From the NCBI GenBank assembly GCA_951406725.2, contig OX597816.1:174902001-174966000 (forward strand): a DNA stretch of 64,000 nucleotides, in the 5' to 3' direction. Below, piece by piece: positions 47,223-59,249 of this stretch. The DNA is from Octopus vulgaris (taxonomy: Eukaryota). Each line of letters begins with the position of its first letter. The first letter of the stretch is position 1. Made by a program: the position numbers and the translations under genes. The notes beneath the pieces are model-generated. The model searched no databases. It was not told where the DNA came from and was given only the letters and a program-made list of their open reading frames with translations.

Positions 47223-48177
47223 GATGTATATGGTACTTAAGTTGAGGCACCAGAATTTAGTATGGTATTATCCATACAATTTCAAAGTAAGGTGATTAAA
47301 ATCAAAATAATTATACTAATGTGTCCATCTGTTCTAACTTAATTAAATTCTATGTCTTTGTGCAGCTGAAGATTGCTCTAAATTTTAAACTGATGTAATG
47401 ATTGTATTGCTCAATTAAATGGAGTTGCATGAAACGATCGTACCGCATTACCTCTGGATATCCTTGTTGCTTATTTTGATATATATATATATATATATTC
47501 CTCCAATGCAATTTAAAGCTCCAGTTGTGTGACAAATAACTAGTATTTAAAACTTCATGTGTATTTCTATTTAAGTATTGCAATAGTTAAGAAATCCAGG
47601 TTTGAATATTATACAGAGTATATGTAGAAAATGAAATAAAACATGAGAGATTATTTATAAGACATTTAGTTACATCATCTCATGTATGCATCCTTAACAT
47701 AAGATGATGATTAGGTACATATGCAAATTTCATAAACAAGACATTGTCAAAGTGTAAGAGACTTGTAAGTTTTATGCATAACATTACTGCATTGAAAAGA
47801 CAACAGAATTGACCATCGTGGAGATGGTTAGAAGATATCATTCCCTGGAACGTGTGTGTGTGTGCGTGTGTGTGTGTATACCTATGTCTCCAGATTTTAA
47901 CATCACGTTAGATGGAAATGAATGCCACTGTCATACAAGCAATGTGCCTTGTTCTCAGTTTTCCATGAGAACATGGAAGGAAGTGAGATTTAGCAAAAGG
48001 AAAGGATAAAAATAAAGATAAAGATATATATATATATATAATTATTATTATATGTAGAAAAATACAAACTGGGACAAGAACGCAAAACACTTAGAAGACG
48101 ATACAAAAAACACAGACGGGACATTCGAAGCCCTCAATCTTCAGTCAAGAACCGGATCATCGTAGCAATTTCAGCTG

Positions 48178-48260
<83 letters not shown>

Positions 48261-48264
<4 letters not shown>

Positions 48265-49190
48265 AAATAAGAAAATGGAGGAATAGATTTCTATCAATCA
48301 TCAACTTCCAGATAATACCAATTCATATAATTTATTAACTGATTAATTAACTGGAATATACATATATATCCACATCAAAGGGTACATATACAAAGTCCAA
48401 AGTTCATTACAATACATTTCTAAAAACTATTAATATTATTATTATTATTAATGAACTTTGGACTTTGTATATGTACCCTTTGATGTGGATATATATGTAT
48501 ATTCCAGTATATAGATTTGATTAACTGTAACCTTATGTGTATGTAAATTATTATGTATATACTTATATATATGTATATGTAGGTGTATATACACTTATAT
48601 ATATATGTATATATGCATATTCTTGTATATATGTACCTTGTTTAATATTTATATTTGCATTTTATATCTTCATAATTGTACTTTATAATCTCTGACGAGG
48701 CCTTGAGATATATATATATATATAAGTAATTCATTTTTAACTGCATATTACCTCAATACATCTGACTAATATGGGCATAATGAGATACCCTTATCTACAG
48801 GCTGAAACAGCTGTAAGATCCATTTTATATATATTATTTTTATGGTATTATCTTACTTATTGATGTACATTGTTTTATTCTGTCTTATTCTGTTGGATTT
48901 GGATGTTCCTATTTAATTTAATTAATCAGTTAATAAATTATATGAATTAGTATTATCTAGAAGTTGATGATTGAAAGGAATCTATTCCTCCATTTTCTTA
49001 TTTTGTATTATGAATTTGATGTAAAACATTTTACCTTCGCCCATCTAATACAATAAATGAACTAATTGCATTGCAATTCTTAGCATTTATGTATTAGCCT
49101 TTTGGGTACTTCACTGGCAGTATATTGGATATATGATATCCCATAGTGGGTTACACTCATAACCCCTATCTCACTTTATACTTTTATGTA
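48261..49190 (+). mobile_element. Penelope-like terminal-repeat remnant with nested inverted repeats
   Basis: 48261-48350 is inverted at 48917-49007; hairpin 48350-48508; hammerhead; related copies at 53520-53875 and 60705-61085. Confidence 0.7.
48688..48819 (+). ncRNA. Minimal type I hammerhead ribozyme with a long stem II loop
   Basis: ATCT-CTGACGA-GGCCT-(95 nt)-AGGCT-GAAA-C-AGCT-G-TA^AGAT. Confidence 0.72.
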
Positions 49191-49423
49191 TGTATGTATA
49201 TTTTATCAACATAGAATAAAAAACAGAAAACTAAATATATGAATAGAATAAATATGTGTTGTGTTATTGTACATAGATGCTAAGTATCAGTTATTGCCAG
49301 ATTTATAAAGTTAGTTATGAGTTTGATTGGAAAAATTGTATTACCAATTAAAATGTAACTGAGTAGGTGAAACTAGCAGCAACTGATATATCTTGAATCT
49401 TTTCACTGTATACTGTTCAGATA

Positions 49424-50306
49424 CAGGTGCCCCAAAAGTAATTGATGGGTTTCAATTTTTAATAACTTCCTTAACTTTACAAATAAATGCATGAACTTTT
49501 GATACAATATAAAGGACATAATGGAAATTAATGTGCATGAGTCAAATTTTGTAACACCACTACATCACATTTGAAAAATGGCATCACTTAAATGGTAGCC
49601 ATTTTCAGCTTTGCATGCCTGTGCTCTTTCCAAAACTTGCACCAAAACACCCTCAAGAGTTTCAGAGCCCACTTCTCTGATTTTTCTATTCATGTTTTCC
49701 TTCAGTTGCACCAGGGTCTCCAGTTTGTTGACTTAAACCCTGTCTTTCAGGTATCCCCACAAGAAAAAATTCGGGCTAGTCAATTCTGGGTAACATGAAG
49801 GCCAGTTGACATTGCCACAGCAGAAGATTATTCTCTCCCCAAAGCACTGTTGTAGCAACTGCATTGTTTCTCTTGTGGTATGAACAGTTGTCCCATCTTA
49901 CTGGAACCATGCATGAGGTCTACTTTGAATGGCCTTCATTTCTTCAGACATGACTAACCTTGATATTTTCTTGTGGGGATACCTGAAAGAGAGGGTTTAC
50001 ATCAACGAACCGGAGACCCTAGTGCAACTGAAGAACATTAATAGAGAAATCAGAGAAGTGGGGTCTGAAATTCTTGAGGGTGTTATGCTGCATGTTTTGG
50101 AAAGAGCACAGGTGTGGGAGGCCGAAAATGGCTGCCATTTAAGTGATGTCATTTTTTATATATTGATGTAGTGGTTTTGCAAAATTTGACTCATGCATAT
50201 TAATTTCCATTATATCCTTTATATTGTATCAAAATTTCATGCATTTATTTGTAAACTTAAATAAGTTATTAAAAATTAAAACCCATTAGTGACTTATGGG
50301 GCACTG
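49424..50306. mobile_element. Foldback Tc1/mariner derivative with about 380-bp inverted arms
   Basis: TA-CAG...CTG-TA ends; both arms encode the transposase C-terminus (FLWGYLK.RV). Confidence 0.85.
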
Positions 50307-51309
50307 TATATAAATATACATAGGCATAGATATATGTGCTGGTATGATTATAGGTGTAGTCATGGCTACAAACACTAGCAATGCCATGTCATTAAGAAAT
50401 TCACTTCCTAACTACATGCTTTTGGGTTGCATCCCACTTCCTGATACACTGGGCAAGTGTCTTCTGCTATAGCCACAGGATAACCAAACCTTGTGAGTGG
50501 ATTTGGTAGACAAAAACTGAAAGCAGCTTGTCATGTATGTGTCTGTGCCTTTGTCATCACATTGCATGATAATTGTGAGTGAGTGTTACAATCATGTCAT
50601 ACAAAGTGTCATTTGTTCCTAATCTTCAGTGAAAACAAGTCCAATTATGGAGAAATATTACACTGCTTGGAAACAAGTGAAGATTAATGAGAAGAAGGAT
50701 ATTTGGCCAAAGAAATTCTGTCACGGTGAATTCCATCTAATCTAAGCAAGCCTGGAAAACTGAACATTAAAAGGATGATGATGATGATGATGATGATAGT
50801 GTATGTGTGTGTGTGTGTGTATAGGGCCTGGCAGGGTTGAGCTAACAACCATTAGAATGTTGTATTCTTGAGCAAAACACTTCATGTTGCATTGCTCCAA
50901 TCTACTCAGTCGGGAATGTGTACCAGCAACAGCTGGGCATTAACATGCAACGGATTAGCATCTCATTCTGAGGAGTCATATTGTACTCATGGAATTTGGG
51001 ATAAGCTCCAACTTAATAAACCTGTAAGCTTGTGGCAGATCTATCACACACACACACACACACACATATACTTCTAATGTCACTCTTACTGTGCTGACTT
51101 GTGTATGTGTTTATGAGTATATTTGTGTGCATGTACAAGAGCATATGTGCATCTATATTTTCAAGAATGAATATGATGAGGGTACTATACATCTCTGTGA
51201 GTTCTTATAAAGTATTTGTACTTGTATATGCACCTGGAAAAATATAAAGATATTTCTGTAATAACTCTTATACCTGGTGTTTAGCTGCTGTACTAATGAA
51301 CTATATTAC

Positions 51310-51431
51310 CTGAGGCTATGTCCCATAATTTGCATGTCTTGTCCATGGAACCAGAAACAACCAAGGAAGAGTCCCAGTTAAACTGACAGCTGCTAACCTC
51401 AGCTTTGTGTCCAATTAACTTGTGGATACGT
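51310..51431 (-). CDS. DAW1: DAW1 exon ([40 protein letters not shown])
   Basis: 122 nt, ctag| and |gtaat. Phases fit. Matches the DAW1 motif FNWD...[11 protein letters not shown]. Confidence 0.93.
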
Positions 51432-53247
51432 CTAGTGGAAACAGCAATACTGACAGTTAGACAGAAGGAAATTTAGGCAGACAGATAAATACAGTTCTAT
51501 ATAGACAAACTGACTAATGTATTGTTATTATCAAGCAAATGGAGAAAGAAATAGATCGAAAGTTATTGTGTATTTAGAGAGTTAGTTAATTGCAGGCTCA
51601 CATATCTAATGTAATGAACAAAAATATGTTAAACTAATTAAAATCACACTTGCGGTGAGAGTAAGAAATTTGGCATTAATGCAAAGCTGATGCCACATAA
51701 AAAGCACCCAGTCTACTCTGTAAAGTGGTTGGTGTTAGGAAAGACACCCATCTGTAAAAAACATGCCAAAGCAGATCTTACTTATGCCATGTGAAAAGCC
51801 CCCAGTCTACTCTGTAAAGTGGTTAGCATTGGGAAGGGCTTCCAGCTGCAAAATCATGTTGAAGCAGACAGTAGAGCTTGGCATAGTCTTCTGGCTTACC
51901 AGTTCCTGTCAAACAGTCCAACCCATGCCAGCATGGAAGATTGACATTAAATGATGATAATAACAATACATTTCAAGAAAAGTAAGAGAGAGAATTTGGA
52001 CATTCGAATTAGCAGAAAAACAGACATGCACCTAGATGCAGAGGAATGAATGGTCAGATTGGCAAAATGATAAAGAGATAAGCTTTGGCATTTCCAATAC
52101 TGAATACCAGGAGTTTCAACATCAAATGTCATTCTAAGAGAAAACACCTACACAATACAATGCTTTACACTAGTGTTATGTAGATTAAGCTTTCACACAT
52201 AGAAACATAAATATGTTTGCTAAGTCATTTATGGTAGGAAAGGATAGAATTGATTGATACACTAGTATCTTACAGTATTTCTTATTTTTTTTATGTATCT
52301 CAGAAGGAGGAAAAGCAAAGTTGAATAGAAAAGGGTAGCAAAGTTCATCTGAGTTCGCTGTTTGCTATTTGCTACAGACAAAGAAATTACTCAATAGTAG
52401 GTTATAAAATGAAAAGGAGGTTATGGGGTAATTCCATATGAAATCAACGCAATTTTTTTTAAAATTGAAGGTGACCAAAACCAATTTTTTTCAAACTTTG
52501 CATGCAAAATGGCCTTCATACGAAACCCTTAAGTATGGAATTTTTTTTACCTGACTCTAGTATTTGCTGAGTTATGGCCATTTGAAATTTTCAAAAAAGT
52601 GACATTTTTCAGTTACTCAATAACTTTGAGAAGTCATATCTCAGTCACTATTTGAGCTAGAAAACTCAATTTTTCTTTTCATTTTAAAGCATTTAAATAG
52701 ATCTGCAACACATGTTTAATGTATTTTTGTTCCTTGCGATAAAAATAAAAAAAGTTGACCTAAAATTTAACTTTTGACCTTTCATAGGTGAAAAGATTGA
52801 TTTTTTATGAAATTTTGTCCAAATATTGCCCTACTTAGTCACAGCTCACATAAAAAATTCACACTATGATTTCAATGAGAAGTATTTTTAATAAATGTAA
52901 TTTTACTGAAAAGAGTAGTGACAAATTATCAAAAATCGCTTACCAAGCAAGACAATTTGAACTTGAAGGAGAAAACACTGGAATTGTCCTTGCATTTCTA
53001 AATCTCTCTCGATAGATTTTCCTCATTCTGTATTTCATCATTTGAAGAGTAGATAATTCCAGGAATGTTTTGCTAACCATAATCATAAAATTCTCTTGGA
53101 GAGTCATGATTTGTTCATTGAAAGGGTGATGTAAACTTGCTTGAACTGCCATTCATTTAATTGTACCTCATAAACCATCACAAGGTCTCTTCCCATGAGT
53201 AATAGCAAAGAAGTGCCACTCTGCATCAGTTTGGAAATCTATAGAAT

Positions 53248-53473
53248 ACTCTTTTACTCTTTTACTTGTTTCAATCATTTGACTGTGGCATGCTGGAGCA
53301 CCACTTTCAGTTGAACAAATCGACTCCAGGACTTATGGTTTGCAAGCCTAGTACTTATTCTATTGGTCTCTTTTGCCAAACCACTAAGTCACAGATACGT
53401 AAACACACCAACATCGGTTGTTGAGTGATGGTGGGGAGACACAGACACACAAGCATATACATACATACATACA

Positions 53474-53519
<46 letters not shown>

Positions 53520-53870
53520 ACACCAAGTAACACCAATATACTGTTGGTATGATACCCAAATTATTAATACACAAGTGTTTTTAATTGCAATGCTATTAAC
53601 TTACTTATTGTATTAAATGGGTGAAGGTAAAGAAATATTTTACCATTAATTTATAATACAAATAAGAAAATGGAGAAACACATTAGTTGGTTTATCAGCT
53701 TTAGGATATTACAATGTTGACTTAAGGTTTTTATAATTGTATTCTTATCTTATATGTATTGAATTTTAATGTATGTTATTATGGTTCTCGTTTTGTTAAA
53801 TAAATAAGTCAACATTCTAATATCCTAAAGCTGATAAACCAACTAAATTGTTTCTCTATTTTCTTATTTG

Positions 53871-53912
<42 letters not shown>

Positions 53913-54483
53913 GAAATATTAAAATTACTAAGTCTCTCTAAAGGAGATTATGGCAGTGTTACTGGATATTAATAGTTATCGCCATACTAATATGGCAGTC
54001 TATAAATAAGACTAAAGCTGTTGCTGATTAGCTCCAAGAGGCCATCACCTCTAGCTAGCTATATGACACACGAACCTGCGTCCATTACAACCTTCGAACA
54101 GGGGAGGTCAGCCGCTTCACCTTGCTGGTCAGACATCTGCAGACATGTTTCAGGGTTGTTGCTCTTTATCAATGCAGCGTAGTCAGAACCAGCGGGTGTC
54201 GCTACTGACCGTCTGTTCGAAGATTTTATTTACCTAGTTACAGTGGAATAAATCCACTTGTTTTCAATAATAGAAATATTAAAATTACTAAGTCTCTCTA
54301 AAGGAGATTACGGCAGCGTTACTGGATATTAATAGTTATTGCCATACTAATATGGCAGTCTATAAATAAGACTAAAGCAGGTTCGTGTGTCATATAGCTA
54401 GCTAAAGGCGGTGGCCTCTTGGAGCTAATCAGCGACAGCTTTAGTCTTATTTATAGACTGCCATATTAGTATGGCGATAACTA

Positions 54484-54524
<41 letters not shown>

Positions 54525-54683
54525 GGCTTCTTTCAGTTTCTGTCTACCAAATCCACTCACAAGGCTTTGGTTGGCTTGAGGCTAGAGTAGAAGACACTTG
54601 CCCAAGGTGCAACGCAGTGAGACTGAACCTGGAACCATGTAGTTGGTAAGCAAACTACTTACCACACAACCACTCCTGCACCT
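53248..54683 (-). mobile_element. SINE family A split by Penelope-like remnants inserted into its central microsatellite
   Basis: Tail half at 53248-53460, head half at 54518-54683. Confidence 0.8.
53908..54490 (-). mobile_element. Penelope-like tandem plus inverted terminal repeats with a degenerate hammerhead (54137-54177)
   Basis: 53908-54018 is repeated at 54268-54378, then inverted at 54379-54490. Minus strand reads CTGCA-tTGATaA-...-GAAA-CATG-TC-TGCAG. Confidence 0.65.
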
Positions 54684-55116
54684 GTATGGTAGCATAAATT
54701 TATAAAATTCTTACAATTTTTATGTTGTGAAGCATCACTATCTGAAAAATAAATAATTTTGTTGATATTAAAGGCATTGCCCCTAAGAAAATCTATCAGC
54801 TTTTTTGGGGAAGAGATGGACTGCTACTGTATCATGCTTCATACAGTCAGATATAGCAACAACACTGATGTTAGTCACATCATTGTTTAGTTCACAATAA
54901 CAGACAAACAGATGGATAGAGGCTTGGGTATTGTTCCAATGAAATCCTTGTACTCCATCTTGCAAGATGAATAATTCTCTGAAAAACCTGCTATGATTAA
55001 GATTTCTCCTTCACTTAAATAGCCTTTTGTTGAAGTACAAAATTTAGATTGTTCTTCTGCAATGAAATCATGTACTTTAAGTGCTTCAAGCTTTTGACAG
55101 AAATTTTCAACAAAAT

Positions 55117-55800
55117 CATCATCATCATCATCATCATCATCGTTTAGCGTCTGCTTTCCATGCTAGCATGGGTTGGACGGTTCAACTGGGGTCTAGAAAG
55201 CCAGAAGGCTGCACCAGGCCCAGTCTGATCTGGCAATGTTTCTATGGCTGGATGCCCTTCCTAACGCCAACCACTCCGTGAGTGTAGTGGGTGCTTTTTA
55301 CATTCCACCGGCACAGGTGCCAGACGAGGCTGGCAATGGCCATGAACGGATGGTGCTTTTTACATGCCACTAGCATGAGGCCAGTCGGGGCAGCACTGGC
55401 AATGGCCACGTTTGGATGGTTCTCTTACATGCCACCGGCACTGGTATCACAGCTGCAATTTCCATTGATGTTGATCAATTTCGATTCTCACTTGCCTCAA
55501 CAGGTCTTCACAAGTAGAGTTTTGTGTCCCCAGAAGGAAAGGTATGCATAAGTGGACTGGCACATCCCGGGTTATGGTCTCACTTGTCTTGCCAGGTCTT
55601 CTCATGCACAGCACACTTCCAAAGGTCTCGGTCTCTAGTTATTTCCTCAGTGAGACCTAAAGTTCGAAGGTTGTGCTTCACCACCTCTTCCCAGGTTTTC
55701 CTGGGTCTGCCTCTTCCACAGGTTCCCTCAACCGCTAGGGTATGGCACTTTTTCACACAACTATCCTCATCCATACCAGTGCAAACGTCTCTCTTGCACA
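55117..55800 (-). mobile_element. RTE LINE 3' end
   Basis: GRGRPRKTW, 3' UTR repeats and (GAT)n tail; similar to 32091-32930. Confidence 0.85.
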
Positions 55801-57280
55801 TATATATTCCCTTTTGGCAGTCTGATACAATTCCCTGCTACCACCATTCTTCCAGTCCTTTCAAGCCTGTCTCTCTTCTCTAATAGCCCTGTCTACAACA
55901 TTGTTCCACCACCACGTTATTTTGGGTCGAGGGGGGACTTTGCACCAGCCACAGATCTGGTCAGTGGCTTTCAGAAGGTTGTCCCTTAGAAACGTCCAAT
56001 TGTCTTCTACCCCATGTGATGCTCTATCCCCTTCTACTTCGTCAAAGGCTATCTGTTGATTTTGATATATATTTTTGGGATTGTTCTGTCAGTTGTTAGC
56101 CATTGCTTATACTGTACTTTATCAATGATATTCACATTAAACATTTCGTATAACAATTTTTCAAACTCTTCTAGCAAAGAATTACAATTTGTACAGTTAT
56201 CCATGTGGCAGCCGTTTGTTCTTGGGTTACAAGTAATTGATTCCAAACATTGTTTATAATCAATCAAGTAAAACTTCATATCCTTGGTTAAATCAGATAG
56301 TTTCATGCCAGAAATCATTAGTTTAACATTCTGATGAATGGTGTATGCACATACATTATATGCACCAGTACTACCTGCAAGTGTGCATTCTTCTGGCCTT
56401 GTCTCTGCAAATTTTGAGAAACTCATTTTGATTTCAGGATTTTTTTCATTTAAACAATTGGAAGGCTTCCTTGAAGTTACAAAGTATGGTGGTACTTTTT
56501 CTCATGGACTCTTTTGCTATCTGTTTTTTTTTACTGATTTGTAATCCTTTTTTCCTGGCATAACTCTGCTTACTTCATTTTTATGAAACTGAGAAACACA
56601 ATTGGCAGTTTTTTTGAGGAAATGTACTTTTTCTATGGCTAGGATGTAATAAAATCCCTTCCTCATTGACCAGCCTTTTAGCTTGTCTAGCCATGTAATT
56701 AGGCACATCGAATTCCTGGAGTTTTCACAGATACCAATTTTTGGCAGAATTGTTAAAATTTGCAGTTTTTCTGATCTTTTTTCTGTTGGAAATTTTTCTT
56801 TTAACTGTTTGATTATTTCAATTTCAGGGTGATGATTCACCAACTTCCCTTCTAGGTGAAATCATTTTCATCTTTTGACCAAAAGTACATGAAGGTAGTA
56901 TCTATCTTTAGTTTTTAAAAATTTTTTATTGAAGATTCTCCAATTTCAGACAGAGCATTGTTGAGGATATCTAATTCTGCATTTTCTTCTATGAAGACAT
57001 CTGTTGATGATGAAGTTACTTCAGTGGTAGTTGATGTATCATCTCTTGTATCTTCTGATGATAGTTCAACTTGAAATGTGGGCAAAGTTTTTCTGCAAGA
57101 GTCACATATTTTTTTTCTAGGAATTAGGCTTGTTTTAGGATATTTTGTTGCAAAATTTGCTGTTACTGTTCTTAAACCCTCTTTCATGAGTGCTTTATGA
57201 TTTTAAATGGGTCACAACACTTTTCTTGCTCAGCTAAAAAATTTTCTTTTACGTCCATCTGTAACCAGAAATTAACTAAA

Positions 57281-58569
57281 ATGGTCATCCCATAAATAAT
57301 GCAGTTTTTTCAATTGCATGAACTAAAAATGGGAGTGGGGACAGGATAAACTACCTGCATCAACTTGCTATAAAAGCAGGTAGTAATTTTACCTTGTAAT
57401 TATTCTTAGTGCAAGTTTTGAAGAGTGCAGTTTGATTTTAACAGTTATTTTTTCAAAGCTATAATGGAAGTGACAAAGGAGCATATTCGGCATATTTTGC
57501 TTTATGATTTCAATAAAAGCAACAACACAACAGAAAGTGTGAGGACTATTAATGCAATATATGGGGATTGGACAATTAGCGTAAGCCTGTTTCTAAGGTG
57601 GTTCCAGAAATTCCAAGCTGGGAAACAACAGCCTAGAAGATGAACCTCATCCTGAAAGATCTGTAGAAATCAACAAGGACGTCCTGCAAATCCTGATGGA
57701 AAAAATCCCATCGTAATTGTTGAGGAAAAAGCAGAGAAGCTTGGTTTTGGTCATTCAACCATTCATTGATACCTGCATGCCATCAGAAAAATCAGCAAAT
57801 TGGGTCAATGGGTTCCTCACAAACTTTCTGAGTCTAATCGCACGCAGAGAGTAAATGTGTACTCGTCTTTGCTGTCACATCTCATGAATGAACTGAATGA
57901 ACCTTTTTTGGACCGAATAGTAGTAACTGGTGACAAGAAATGGGTTCTCTATAAAAATGTCAAGTGTTGAAGAGAGTGGGTAGGGAAAGAACAAACACCA
58001 GCACCCCAGGCTAAAGAAAGTCTTCACCCATGTAATGTGTTGTTATCTGTTTGGTGGGATATGAAAGGTTTAGTCCACTTTGAACTTTTAAACCCAAACC
58101 TAAAGATAACAAAGGAAATCTACTGTGAGCAGCTTGAGCGGCTTAAGTCAGTTCGAGAAGAAAATCAACCATCTTTGGTTTTAAGATGAAAGGTGTTCTT
58201 CCATCAAGATAATGCTTGGTCACATACAGTGAGGATGACATTCCAAAGGCTGGAAGAGAAGCAATGCCCCACCCACCATATTCACCTGACATTGCCCCAT
58301 CTGATTATCATTTATTCCACTGTCTTCAAAATCATTTAGATGAAAAAAATATGAATTCTGTAGATGAGGCCAGAACAATACTGGAGGAGTATTTTTCATG
58401 ACAGACAAGTGAATTTTGGAAGAGGGGCCTTGCAAGTCTATCAGATAGATGGAAGAGCATTGTAGAAAATGAAGGAGAGTAGATTTTAGATTAAAAAAGA
58501 ACTTTGTATATCTTAGTTTTGTAAAATAAAAGAAATATAAAAAAAACCATTATTTATTGGCTGACCTAA
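57281..58569 (+). mobile_element. Mariner element, same family as 39809-41068
   Basis: MEVTKEHIRHILLY, WVPHKL, PHPPYSPDIAPSDYHLF; same TIRs. Confidence 0.92.
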
Positions 58570-59142
58570 TATATCTAATCTGAAAAGAATAAGAATTAAG
58601 TAATTTAATTAGGCTGTATAACATGAACCATAGTTAATAGACTATTAACTCAGTTTCCACTGAGATTCCAGCATGAATTTTTGTATGTGAGTTGTAACTA
58701 AGTAGGGCAATATTTTGACAAAATTTCAAAAAAATTGATGACCATGTCTTTTGATCTATGAAAGGTCAAAGGTCAAATTTTAGGTAAACTTTTTTATTTT
58801 TATCACAAGGAATAAATACACTAAACATATGTTGTAAATCTATTTAAATGCTTTAAAATGAAACAAAAAAAATATGTGTTTTCTAGCTCAAATAGTAGCT
58901 GAGATATGACTTCTCAAAGAAATTGAGTAACTGTAAAAATGAGACGTTTTTTGAAAATTTAAAATGGTCATAACTCAGCAAATATTAGAGTCAGATAAAA
59001 AAAATATTTCATATTTAAGGGTTTCATATGAAGGCCATTTAGCATGCAAAGCTTGAAAGAAATCGGTTTCAGTCATCTTTGGCATCTGCCTTGAGTTTGC
59101 ATGGCTTCATCATGAAAATAAGCTTGAATAGGAGTAACTTAC

Positions 59143-59249
59143 CTGCCACTGTTAACATCCCATAGGGTTACTGTACGGTCAAATGATCCAGTGATTAGTT
59201 GTGTACCTGTGCAGTTGAATGCAACAGAAATAATCTCTTCACTGTGTCC
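59143..59249 (-). CDS. DAW1: DAW1 exon ([35 protein letters not shown])
   Basis: 107 nt, ttttcag| and |gtaagt. Phase 0 start, phase 2 end, compatible with both neighbours. GH...WD repeat. Confidence 0.93.

Larger units (their letters stand above)
52425..59111 (-). mobile_element. Sola2-like DNA transposon with long TIRs, degenerate, with multiple nested insertions
   Basis: 52440-52880 is inverted at 58660-59100. Peptides SRVMPGKKD, FSKFAE.RP, HQNVKL, FSENY, QGFHWNN, ISDCMKHD, YFSD..QHKN, EWHFFA.THGK.PCDG. Confidence 0.7.
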
